Source: Pachysolen tannophilus NRRL Y-2460 (Eukaryota). From it: DNA of 64,000 nt. Where the stretch lies: positions 962,502-1,026,501 of the forward strand of contig KV454013.1 in NCBI GenBank assembly GCA_001661245.1, in the 5' to 3' direction. Shown here one piece after another: positions 48,439-59,148 of this stretch. Position 1 is the stretch's first letter, and every line of letters starts with the position of its first letter. The position numbers and the translations under genes were made by a program. The notes below the pieces were generated by a model. That model saw only the letters and a list, made by a program, of their open reading frames with translations. It searched no databases and was not told the DNA's origin.

Positions 48439-48522
48439 TAAGTCTCTCCAAAGTGATTTCAACTAATTTAAATCTCTTGATTAACCTGTATCTTAATAAT
48501 TAGTATCAACAAATGAAAACAT

Positions 48523-49164
48523 TGTACACCAAGAGAAAATTCTAATTTAAAAGTTGATGAAGTTTATTTTATTACTTGGTATACAAAATTCTATACAAAG
48601 GAAACTGAAAATGTTAAGATTCATTTATCTTATATTAAAGAATCTACTAAAGATAAAGGTATGAAAAAGAGAGAATTTATGAAATTTACAAATAAAGGAG
48701 AACTTCCAGGAACTTTTTTCACTTCAGATTGGATTTTAAATAGAGATGGATTTTTTCCTTTAGAAATTCAAGAAAGTTGGTTAAAAGGTGAATTTCATAA
48801 AAAAGTTTTAATAACTATACAACCAAATACAATCCCCGATGAAGAATTTGATTTATTGAATTCTAATGGTACTGTAGTTAATTTTCAAAAAGGTTCTATT
48901 GTTGCTAAAACAACTAAAGAAATGAAAGCTATAGAAGATGAAGGTGGTGCAAACTCTGACAACATTTATTATGTAATGATGGCTACTCCAACTTGTGTCC
49001 TCATTTCCGTAGCAGGTATGTACTTATTTGTATTTGTTATGAGGAAAAATAGAGATTTCTCTAAAATCAAAGAGAATTACTTGAAAAAAAGAAAGAAGAA
49101 TAAGAAAGAGTATTCAAAGTTACCTCAGTATAAGAGTGATGTTGAATTGAAGAGATTGGATTAA
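48523..49164 (+). pseudogene. PSG1: 3' half of PSG1
   Basis: CTPRENSNLKVDEVYFITWYTKF, VKIHLSY, KR site, FFTSDW and C-terminal TM helix; in-frame TGA just upstream at 48514-48516. Confidence 0.8.
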
Positions 49165-49426
49165 GAGGAAAAAAGAGCAAAAAAAAAAAAAAGCAATTGT
49201 GTTCTGCACTTTTGTACATTCATCATTTACTATTATAATTACTTTTTAATTTATCTGTTTCTTTATTAGCCATTCTAATTACCCCCTGCAAATAGATTTC
49301 CCCTTTTAAATACCACTGACTTTGTGTGATTTATATTTTTAGCACAGTTAATAGTAATATTAAATTTTTGAAATTTTTTGGATTTGTTGAATGTCATTCT
49401 ATATGTAGAAATAAAGTGAAAAAATA

Positions 49427-49458
<32 letters not shown>

Positions 49459-50013
49459 TAATAATTTATAAATTATTTTTTAATAACCATCAACAAGGAC
49501 GCTTTTCTAGTAGACCAGGAATTGGTTTCATATTATGATACCGATTATTACCTGGTTCAATTGGAATTGATATATTTATTAGATAACTTGTTGAAAAATT
49601 AATATGATCTTCTGAAGACTAAAATTAAACAAGAATATGTTGATTTCAGACAGATACGGATCGTACATCTTGAACCCTTTCTCCTTTTTTTTTTTATCTG
49701 ATTGGATTTATGCTTGACAAGATCTCTCTTATATTAACTAATGAAAAAGCTAAAAAAAATCCAGTTATGATTGAACAGAGACTTCAAATAGACTTGCACA
49801 ACGATTGTCCATATCTTAAAAATTTACAAGCAAATTTCAACCATTGTCTGCTGGAAACATTTGTGCTTTTTTTTTCTCTTTTTTCCTTACTTCTCTCCAA
49901 AAATCTCTGCTATTTGAAGACTCGCTGACTTCTTTCCCTTAAACACTTTAGATCTTAGTTGTAAATACCTATCAACATCAATTCAATGAATTAAAATTAA
50001 TTAATAGTAACAG

Positions 50014-50023
50014 ATCACGTGAC
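50014..50023. promoter_or_regulatory. Cbf1-type E-box ATCACGTGAC upstream of RAD5
   Basis: Matches RTCACGTG on both strands. Confidence 0.45.
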
Positions 50024-50120
50024 TACTTAGAGATGGTGATGGTGCAACGTTAAAAAAGCAAAAAAAAAATGGTGCGCGTCTTAGAAGAAGCATCTACATA
50101 AAACATTTAAATAATGAAGA

Positions 50121-53100
50121 ATGGAGAGACTGTTGGAGACAGGTCTCCTGGAAGATTGCACAGAGAACAAGCGACTGTTTTTTGGAAATAAATCGGAAGT
50201 GTCTGTCGATAAATGTGGGAAATGTGGGAAATGTGGTGCTACTGGCAATGATGATCATTATCAAAAAGAACGTTTCTTTACTGATCCGCAAGCTCAAACT
50301 AATATACCTATGTTGAATCAACTGACAAAGATACCACTTTCACATCAGGATGAAGTGCCATGTCAAAGAAGTGGAGCATATGAGTTATTTGAATCTCAAA
50401 TTTGTGCTATTGCGCCCGAGATTGGACTTAATCAAGTTCGAAAATTATTTTCAAAATTTAACGATGGAAATTTGTTAGAAGCAGTTAATTATTATTTCAA
50501 CAACATTGATGAATTTGAAAATATGGATGAACAGGAAGAGGAACAGGAATTACAAGAACCACTGGAAGTGCGAACAACGGAATCAGAGGCGGAGAGTCAA
50601 CAGCAAAGCATTAATAATGGTGAACAGGCAAACAAAAAAAGAAAAGTTGCTGAGTTAGAAGAATGCTCTTCTGAATTTATCTATATTGGATCACTATCAA
50701 TTGATGCATGGTGTACACGTTCTGTTTTTAAAAAATTTCAGTATGGCCACCATTTAAAAATGAAAGTGAATACAAATTTTCTCAAATTTTATGACAATGA
50801 GAGAGAAGTTGGGAAAGTTCCTGAACAGATAGCAAGTAAAATAATTCCATTATTGAATATGGGTATTATTCATTGTGTTAGTACAGTGATATATAATGAT
50901 AAGAGATTATCTATAGGTGACTCTTTCTTGACACAGATTGATTTCTACTTATGCCGTTCAGTTTTGATTGGAAACCATGCGTCATTGTCATCACCTTTAA
51001 ATAATTCAACAACAAGAAGTTTAAAAAATATTAAAGTTTTCAGAAATAAAGTTAAACCAAAGAATGACTTTAATAGTCTGGTTAATTCAGAAGAAGAACA
51101 ATCTAGATTAAGAGGAATTTGTTTAACTTCATTATTCGAAAAATTAGAATTACAACCGTTTAACCCACAGGGGAAAAATAATAATACTGATGGAAATGAA
51201 ACAGAACCAATTACTATTCTTAGTGATGATGAGGACAATGCCATTAGTTTTGAAGGTATTGATGAGATCAAACAACAACAAGAGAAGGAAAAATTTGAAG
51301 AAGAAGATCAAGGTGCTGCATTAGGTTTAAACCAATTAAAAAAAATATATGAGTCTGCACAATCGGCTTCGTCTTTGCAAGATTTTTCATTAGGTCCTAC
51401 CACTCCTAAAAATTTCAAATTGGAATTAAGACCATATCAAAAATCTGGGTTATCATGGTTGTTGAAAAGGGAACGTGAATATAATTTGATTGACCATTCA
51501 AGTAGTCAAAGTTTTGTTAATGATGACAATGAAGGTACTATGCATCCATTATATAAAGAATATGAATTTCCTAAAGATAGATCATGGGAAATGAATAATA
51601 ATAAAAAAAATGAAACAAAGTATACTGGCGCTAGTATGGAAAATGAAAAATTTTACTTCAACTCTTATAATGGTGACATTTCATTAGAGAAAGCATTTAT
51701 TAAGACTACATGTACTGGTGGAATTTTAGCAGATGAAATGGGTCTTGGCAAAACCATTTCTACTTTAGCCTTGATACATACTTGTCCTTATGATACCACT
51801 TGTGCTGATTTTAAAACCGCAATTAGAGAGAAGTATGCATTCAAGACAACATTAATTGTTGTGCCAATGTCATTATTGTCACAATGGGAAAAAGAGTTTA
51901 TGAAAGCTACCAATAACAAGGAAGCGTACAAGTGTTTGGTTTATTATGGTGGTAGCGGTGTAACCATAACTGATATACTTCATAGTAGTCCCACGGTGGT
52001 GATAACAACTTATGGTACTATTCAGGCTGAATTTTCAAAGAACCCTCATGGTGGGTTATTTGAGATCAAATTTTTCCGTATTGTATTAGATGAAGGCCAT
52101 ACTATTAGGAACAGGTCCACCAAGACTGCTAAAGCATGTTATTCTCTTGATGCTTCAAGAAGATGGATTTTAACAGGTACCCCTATAATTAACAGATTGG
52201 ACGATATCTTTTCATTAGTCAAGTTTTTACAACTTTCACCTTGGGATAATTTTAATATTTGGAATAATTTTGTCATTAAACCTTTTGAAGATAAAGACTT
52301 ATCTAAATCATTGGAGACTTTAGAAGGAATCTTGGCTCCTGTGATTTTAAGAAGAACCAAAAATCAAAAAGATGAACATGGTAATCCACTTGTTGTGTTA
52401 CCTGATAAAGAAGTTGTTATACAAAAATTGAAATTTAATAAATTGGAGAAAACTGTATATGACTATTATAGATCAAAGGCAACGTTATCTTTGAAAGCTG
52501 GTAATGTTTTTGCAAATTATTCAAATATCTTGACTCATATTTTAAGATTAAGGCAAGTTTGCTGCCATTTAGATTTGGTTCAAAGTAACAATCTTGCAGA
52601 AGATGAGGAAGATGCGGATACATGTTTGATATCACGAGAAGATGATGAATTACACAGTGTTTTAGAAACCTTGAGTCAAAAAGATATACAGCAACACCAA
52701 CACCAACATCAACAGGAACAGCAACAGGAACATGGAGAAGATGTTGATCTACTGATGGAAAAGATATATTCTAAATACCCGACCGATATCTCATTAGATT
52801 CAGAGTGCTTGATTTGTACAGAGTCACCAATACCTTTAAGACATATGGCAGTAACTAATTGTCAGCATAGATTTTGTTTACGTTGTATATTACAACATTT
52901 GGAGTTTCAAGATTTTGCAAACCAACCTTGTCTTTGCCCAGTTTGTAAAGCAACAATCACTAAAGAAACGTTATTCAGAGTAATCACATTACCAGATTCG
53001 AGCTCTTACAAATTGATCAAGTATAGAGAAGTTCAGAAATCTACTAAAATCACAGCATTATTAAACACACTCATGGAAACTCCTTCAAATGAATCTGTTG

Positions 53101-53570
53101 TTGTATTTTCACCCTTTTCTTCATTTCTCGACCTAATAGAACAAGAACTAATGACATATCAGGATTTCTTCCAAGTCTTTAAGTTTGATGGAAGATTAAA
53201 GATGGATGCTAGAGAAAACATTCTTACACAATTTGCCAAATCAAATAACAAAAATGAAAATAAATTAAAAATACTTTTACTCTCTTTGAAAGCTGGTGGT
53301 GTTGGACTCAATCTAACATGCGCTTCAAGAGCAATATTACTATCTCCCTGGTGGGCACCAAATGTAGAGAGCCAGGCAATAGACAGAATACATAGAATTG
53401 GACAATTAAAACAAGTCAAAGTTTACAGATTCATAATGGAAAATAGTATCGAAGAGAAAATGCTAAAAATTCAAGCAAGAAAAAAACAAATCGGAGAAAT
53501 CGTGGACAACAACGATGAAGAAAGACGCCAAAGAAGAATAGAAGAAATCATGATGTTGCTAGAAGAGTAA
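50121..53570 (+). CDS. RAD5: Rad5 SNF2 helicase / RING E3 ligase
   Basis: HIRAN-like region, GGILADEMGLGKT, VLDEGH, LTGTP, C3HC4 RING, SLKAGGVGLNL and QAIDRIHRIGQ. Confidence 0.93.
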   Translation: MERLLETGLLEDCTENKRLFFGNKSEVSVDKCGKCGKCGATGNDDHYQKERFFTDPQAQTNIPMLNQLTKIPLSHQDEVPCQRSGAYELFESQICAIAPEIGLNQVRKLFSKFNDGNLLEAVNYYFNNIDEFENMDEQEEEQELQEPLEVRTTESEAESQQQSINNGEQANKKRKVAELEECSSEFIYIGSLSIDAWCTRSVFKKFQYGHHLKMKVNTNFLKFYDNEREVGKVPEQIASKIIPLLNMGIIHCVSTVIYNDKRLSIGDSFLTQIDFYLCRSVLIGNHASLSSPLNNSTTRSLKNIKVFRNKVKPKNDFNSLVNSEEEQSRLRGICLTSLFEKLELQPFNPQGKNNNTDGNETEPITILSDDEDNAISFEGIDEIKQQQEKEKFEEEDQGAALGLNQLKKIYESAQSASSLQDFSLGPTTPKNFKLELRPYQKSGLSWLLKREREYNLIDHSSSQSFVNDDNEGTMHPLYKEYEFPKDRSWEMNNNKKNETKYTGASMENEKFYFNSYNGDISLEKAFIKTTCTGGILADEMGLGKTISTLALIHTCPYDTTCADFKTAIREKYAFKTTLIVVPMSLLSQWEKEFMKATNNKEAYKCLVYYGGSGVTITDILHSSPTVVITTYGTIQAEFSKNPHGGLFEIKFFRIVLDEGHTIRNRSTKTAKACYSLDASRRWILTGTPIINRLDDIFSLVKFLQLSPWDNFNIWNNFVIKPFEDKDLSKSLETLEGILAPVILRRTKNQKDEHGNPLVVLPDKEVVIQKLKFNKLEKTVYDYYRSKATLSLKAGNVFANYSNILTHILRLRQVCCHLDLVQSNNLAEDEEDADTCLISREDDELHSVLETLSQKDIQQHQHQHQQEQQQEHGEDVDLLMEKIYSKYPTDISLDSECLICTESPIPLRHMAVTNCQHRFCLRCILQHLEFQDFANQPCLCPVCKATITKETLFRVITLPDSSSYKLIKYREVQKSTKITALLNTLMETPSNESVVVFSPFSSFLDLIEQELMTYQDFFQVFKFDGRLKMDARENILTQFAKSNNKNENKLKILLLSLKAGGVGLNLTCASRAILLSPWWAPNVESQAIDRIHRIGQLKQVKVYRFIMENSIEEKMLKIQARKKQIGEIVDNNDEERRQRRIEEIMMLLEE

Positions 53571-53711
53571 CTCCCATCGGCGCTTAAAAGTATCTTTTTT
53601 GTCTTTTGTCTTTTGTCTTTTGTCTTTTTGTATGTAATTTATATGTTTTTCTCTTTGTGGTTTTTTTCTTTTGTTTTTTTTTTTGTTTTTTTTTTGGCTT
53701 TGTTTTCAGCT

Positions 53712-53750
53712 AAATGTAAACAAAGGCCTAAAAAAACAAATGTAAACAAA
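53712..53750 (+). promoter_or_regulatory. Two forkhead (GTAAACAA) sites in a 13-bp direct repeat upstream of the B-type cyclin
   Basis: AAATGTAAACAAA at 53712-53724 and 53738-53750. Confidence 0.55.
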
Positions 53751-54148
53751 AATAATAAAATGAAATCTATTACATTTAATATTTTATATAACACAAACAT
53801 AAATTGGTATACACAGAGTTTATTGGCGTGGCGATAGCACAAGCAACAACAGGACAATAGTATTGATCTGGTTTACTCTTAGGTTTCACAATCATAGAAC
53901 ATTTTTGCTTAATTTCTTTTCTTTTTTTTTTTTTGTTTTTGTTTTTTTGTATGTTTGTTTTGTTTGTTTGTATTTACTAAAATTTTTGTTTAAAATTCCA
54001 ACTAATAGTCATTCGCTTTAAACATTATCATTAGTATCTCATTATAATTAGTTGATTTATTTATTCATTGATCTGTTACAGATTTTATCATCGGTTGGTT
54101 CCATTTATATTTCAAATTTGCTTTTGCTTTTTGTTAAGAGGTTAGAAT

Positions 54149-54454
54149 ATGAAAAAATATACATCAGTAAGTGGCGGTACAAGATCATTCAATGATGAGA
54201 ATTCATTGAAGAGTAGTAAACACTCATTGTCCACGAATAGTAAGAGTAAGGCATTATCCTCTTTGGCTATCAACATATCACAACAACAACAGCAACAACA
54301 ACAACAGCAGCAATTGCAACTGAAACTGCAAAAATCACAGCATCAACTTCAAAGACCTTCTAGGATTGCATTAACAGATGTCTCTAATAGAGGTGGTCTT
54401 CGTACTATTAATAACAATTTAAGAAGTAAAGACAGTGGTCCTCGTGACTCGACA

Positions 54455-54493
<39 letters not shown>

Positions 54494-55774
54494 CTGAAGT
54501 CAAAAAGGTTTCAAGTATTTGTTGAGAATGATGAAGATCAAGATCAAGAACCAGAAGAAGAGCAAGATGAAAACCAAGAACATGATCATGAACTTCTTTC
54601 GTATGTCACTACGAGAAAACCAAATGTTGTTAAAAACCCTCCTTCACATTTGCATAGTCAAGATGAGACAGAAGATGATATGGACTATAATACAGATGTA
54701 GAGATTGACGATTTAGAAGAAGAAGATGAAGAAGATGAAGATGAAGAAGATGATGAAGAACAAGTAATAAAACGTCATCAACAACTGACACAAGAGGAGG
54801 AAATAGGAAATTTGGAAGAAGACCAAGAGGAAAAAGATGAAGTAGAGGATGATGACTTACTGGAAAATGAGAGTGATAATGTTGAACCAATGTCTCCAAT
54901 ATGGAATAAGGCAATTTATAAAGAATTGCAAACTGTTGTTTCTAAATTGGCCAGAGACACTTTAGATGAAGAAGATGAAGATACTTATGATGTTTCAATG
55001 GTTGCCGAGTATGCACCTGAAATATTTAATTATATGCATGAATTAGAAACAAGAATGTCTCCAAATCCAAGATATATGGATATGCAAGATGAAATAAAAT
55101 GGGACATGAGAGTTGTATTAATTGATTGGTTAGTTCAAGTCCATCAAAGATTTAATTTATTACCTGAAACTTTATTTTTAACGGTAAATTATATCGATAG
55201 ATTTTTAAGTAAAAGAAAAGTTTCATTATCAAGATTTCAATTAGTTGGTGCTGTAGCATTATTTATTGCTGCAAAATATGAAGAAATTAATTGTCCTTCA
55301 GTTCAAGAAATTGCATATATGGTTGATCATGCATATACAATTGATGAATTATTAAAAGCTGAAAGATTTATGATTGATATTTTAGAGTTTGATATGGGAT
55401 GGCCAGGACCAATGTCATTTTTAAGAAGAACGAGTAAAGCAGATGATTATGATTTTGAAACAAGGACTTTAGCCAAATATTTTTTGGAGATTACAGTAAT
55501 GGATAACAGGTTTGTCGCATCCCCTCCAAGTTGGTTAGCTGCTGGTGCACATTATCTTTCTAGATATGTATTGAATAAAGGTGAATGGACAGAAAGTCAT
55601 GTTTTTTATTCTGGATATACTGAATATCAATTAAAACCTTTAGCAAAAGCTTTAATTGCTTCTTGTGAAAACCCATTAAAGACACATAAGGCAATTTATG
55701 AAAAGTATAAAGAACGTCGTTATCGTCACTCAGCTGTTTTAGTTCAACAATGGTTGGTACAAGTTCGTTTTTAA
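54149..55774 (+). CDS. CLB4: B-type cyclin, Clb3/Clb4 class
   Basis: D-box RIALTDVSN, DTYDVSMVAEY, MRVVLIDW, IAAKYEE and GPMSFLRRTSKADDY. Confidence 0.9.
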
Positions 55775-56277
55775 AATCTTTATTTTTTTTTTTTATTTTT
55801 TTTTATTATTATTTTTTTTTTTTTTTCTCTTTTACTCATTTTCTTTGAACAAGTTTAAAAAAATGTCTTTCATATTATTTGTGTGCTATTTTTTTAGCCT
55901 GTGTGTGAATGTGCTTTTTTTTTCTTTTCATTCTTTATTTTTTCTGCGTCATTCTATCAAACTATAAACTTTTATTTTCTTTCTTCATCCGTTTAATTTT
56001 GTTTGTTTATTAAAGAACTTGGATTTTTTGTACATTATTTTTCAAATTTTTTTTTTTTTTTTTTTACTTTTATTTTTATTTTCTTTTTTTCTTGATTTCT
56101 ACTACGATTTCTTTTCCTTCTCGGTGATATAGACGATTCTTCTAAGGTCGAATTTGGTGACATAGTTTATATGGAGATTATGTAGAAGAATAATATAGTT
56201 AATCTACATAATACAATATAAAAAAAAAATACCATACGCATTCCAATTAAAAAAAAAAAAAAAAACTATTTACAATT

Positions 56278-57477
56278 TCAATACAAGAGCAAATTTTCCT
56301 TTATTATAGATCTACTAATGTCCCTTGTAGATGCCCATTCTTGAATTTTACCCTTTAATAGCACTACATCGTAACTATCAGATGATAAAGATGATAATTT
56401 TTCATTATTCTGAATATCATTCTGATTTTTCAATTCATAATCCTTATATATATTTCGATTTTTTTTCTCTGCCAAACATCCCATATACTCTAGAGCCATT
56501 AATATATCATCTATTCTAAATCCTGTCTTAATTGATATTTCTTCTAATGTAATTACTTGAGTTATATCATTTATATTATCATTTTCTTTTAATTTTATAT
56601 CTTGTTCAGTTGAATTCAGTAATGATCCTTCTAAAAATTCTCTTGCTAAATATTTTGACCAATAATTTAAATATCCAATTTCTCCAAATTCAGATAATGG
56701 ATGTTCAGGACCACTTATTAATGATTCAAATCTTGAAAGCTCATATGAAAATGAAATTAATAACTGACCTAATTTTTGCCTTTGAAAAGGTGGGAATATA
56801 AGTATACATGCTAAATTATTATTATCCCAAGAAAGTAATTCTCTTGAGAAAAATCCTTTAGGTATTAAATAATTTGATTTTTGAGTATCATTTGTTGAAA
56901 TTTTATTTGTTTCATTACAATCACCATACATCATATAAAAATCATAATGATCTAATGAAAAAAAAACTGATTTATTATTTAAAAACATTTTTGCAAAAAG
57001 ACATAAATTTTGACAAAATAATTTATGTCTTTTCCCCTTAACTTTTCTTATTGATATTTTTTTAGAATCATCTTTATAAACTGTTCTTCCAGGTAATTTA
57101 ATTTTATATTTACACATAGATCTATGTTTTAAACAATCAAGTTCATCATCTGTATATTTAAAACAAGAATCACAAACATATAATTTTGAAAGCCAATATT
57201 TATGACTAGAATCAAATTCCAAAAATTTTTTCAAATTATTTCTTGATCTTACATCTTTATTCATAAATTTAAATGCTAATTCTTGTGGCTCATTTTTAAG
57301 AAAATAAACTGCATTACCATACCAAGTATCAAACTCATGATCACCAAGAACCACTTTCTCAATATTTCTCTTGTCCAAGATTCCATAAAGGTCCTTCTCA
57401 GTTTCAGTTTCAGTTTCACCATCTCTTTCACCATCATCATCAATTCCATTAGTATCATAATTATGCTGATCGTTCAT
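56278..57477 (-). CDS. SAS2: MYST histone acetyltransferase Sas2
   Basis: FDTWYG, C2HC finger, QNLCLFAKMFL, NNLACILIFPPFQR and GPEHPLS. Confidence 0.88.
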   Translation of the reverse strand: MNDQHNYDTNGIDDDGERDGETETETEKDLYGILDKRNIEKVVLGDHEFDTWYGNAVYFLKNEPQELAFKFMNKDVRSRNNLKKFLEFDSSHKYWLSKLYVCDSCFKYTDDELDCLKHRSMCKYKIKLPGRTVYKDDSKKISIRKVKGKRHKLFCQNLCLFAKMFLNNKSVFFSLDHYDFYMMYGDCNETNKISTNDTQKSNYLIPKGFFSRELLSWDNNNLACILIFPPFQRQKLGQLLISFSYELSRFESLISGPEHPLSEFGEIGYLNYWSKYLAREFLEGSLLNSTEQDIKLKENDNINDITQVITLEEISIKTGFRIDDILMALEYMGCLAEKKNRNIYKDYELKNQNDIQNNEKLSSLSSDSYDVVLLKGKIQEWASTRDISRSIIKENLLLY

Positions 57478-57744
57478 ACTCTACTAAACTCTACTAAACT
57501 CTACTCAACTCTACTCTACTCCACAATAAACCAAGATCACACCAAGATCACACTAATCCTCGTCCTCGACTCAAAAACCCATCAATTGGGATCCTCGGTC
57601 TTTATAATCACCTTCCAATAATTCTACTCAAACAAATCAAGGTATATATATATATATATAAATATATTAATCTTTACCAAAGCCTGCTTCACCCAAAAGA
57701 AAAAATACATATATATAAAAATATATATATATATATATATATAA

Positions 57745-58208
57745 NNNNNNNNNNNNNNNNNNNNNNNNNNNNNNNNNNNNNNNNNNNNNNNNNNNNNNNN
57801 NNNNNNNNNNNNNNNNNNNNNNNNNNNNNNNNNNNNNNNNNNNNNNNNNNNNNNNNNNNNNNNNNNNNNNNNNNNNNNNNNNNNNNNNNNNNNNNNNNNN
57901 NNNNNNNNNNNNNNNNNNNNNNNNNNNNNNNNNNNNNNNNNNNNNNNNNNNNNNNNNNNNNNNNNNNNNNNNNNNNNNNNNNNNNNNNNNNNNNNNNNNN
58001 NNNNNNNNNNNNNNNNNNNNNNNNNNNNNNNNNNNNNNNNNNNNNNNNNNNNNNNNNNNNNNNNNNNNNNNNNNNNNNNNNNNNNNNNNNNNNNNNNNNN
58101 NNNNNNNNNNNNNNNNNNNNNNNNNNNNNNNNNNNNNNNNNNNNNNNNNNNNNNNNNNNNNNNNNNNNNNNNNNNNNNNNNNNNNNNNNNNNNNNNNNNN
58201 NNNNNNNN
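57745..58208. other. Assembly gap (464 N) abutting an (AT)n tract
   Basis: Run of N. Confidence 1.
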
Positions 58209-59148
58209 TAAAAAATTTATTTTTTTGGATCACAGAATGAACCAAGAAACAACTGGGGCTGTACAAATCATTGACTTTTCTTGTCCCTCCGCCTAAATTC
58301 TCCGTCCACCTAATTCACCCGTCCACCAGGCATTAAGTATTGAAGGGGAGCGCGCGGCAGTAAAAACAAAACAAACAAAAAAACAAAAAAAATGGACTTT
58401 TAGCATCATTGTACTGTTATTATTATAACAAGAATAGTCTTTTCAATAGTTTTTCTTTACATTTATCAATTGAAATAAATCAATTTGGATATTTTAAAAT
58501 TTTGTATTCCCATATTGCACGAAACATGATTGCGAATGACGAGAATTTTCTTTCCACATAGACAAAGAAAAAGACTTACTTAATAAGACTGGAAATAAAT
58601 TTTTTTTTTTAGTTTGTCAAAGTTTTATGAAAAAATTGAAATATGAAAAATTGATTCAATTTTAAAGCTTGATGTGTTTTGTAATACTTGAATAACCATT
58701 CGACATTACTCTCTTGATCTCTTATATTCTGTATTCAAAGGTATCAACTTTTTGAAATTCTGTCCTGTTTCCTATCTCTGCCCAGCAGTCTCCGCCTAGA
58801 GCATGCAGTGACTCCCACCACCTTAGAGCACGCACAATCCGCCTTTAAAAAAAATATATATATTAGTCGTGCGCACTCTCACCAAAATTCCATTTTTTAA
58901 TTTTTTTTTCAACTTTTTTTTTTTTTCTCTCTTCTTGTGTTTTTGGTATTATTGTAAACTCATTTTGCTTTTATATTTTTTTTATATACTAAAAGTAATT
59001 TAATATTTTATACCTCTATTTTCATTTTCAGATCAATTTTATTATTATCATCATATTGATTGATCTATTGATTTTGTTTAGAATTAAGAAAAATTTAAAA
59101 TTAAATTTTATTTAATTTTTTTTTTTTATTTTTTAATTTTCTTTTACA

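Noticed and set aside
47767..48522. Recombinase-driven phase-variation switch
   Set aside because: No recombinase in the window, and flipping via the inverted repeats would not restore the PSG1 frame; the repeats are a by-product of cutting a tandem array.
50014..50120. Point centromere (CDEI-like ATCACGTG)
   Set aside because: No very AT-rich CDEII or CDEIII CCG element follows; it sits in a promoter.
57667..58266. 199-aa ORF
   Set aside because: Artefact of translating through the N gap.
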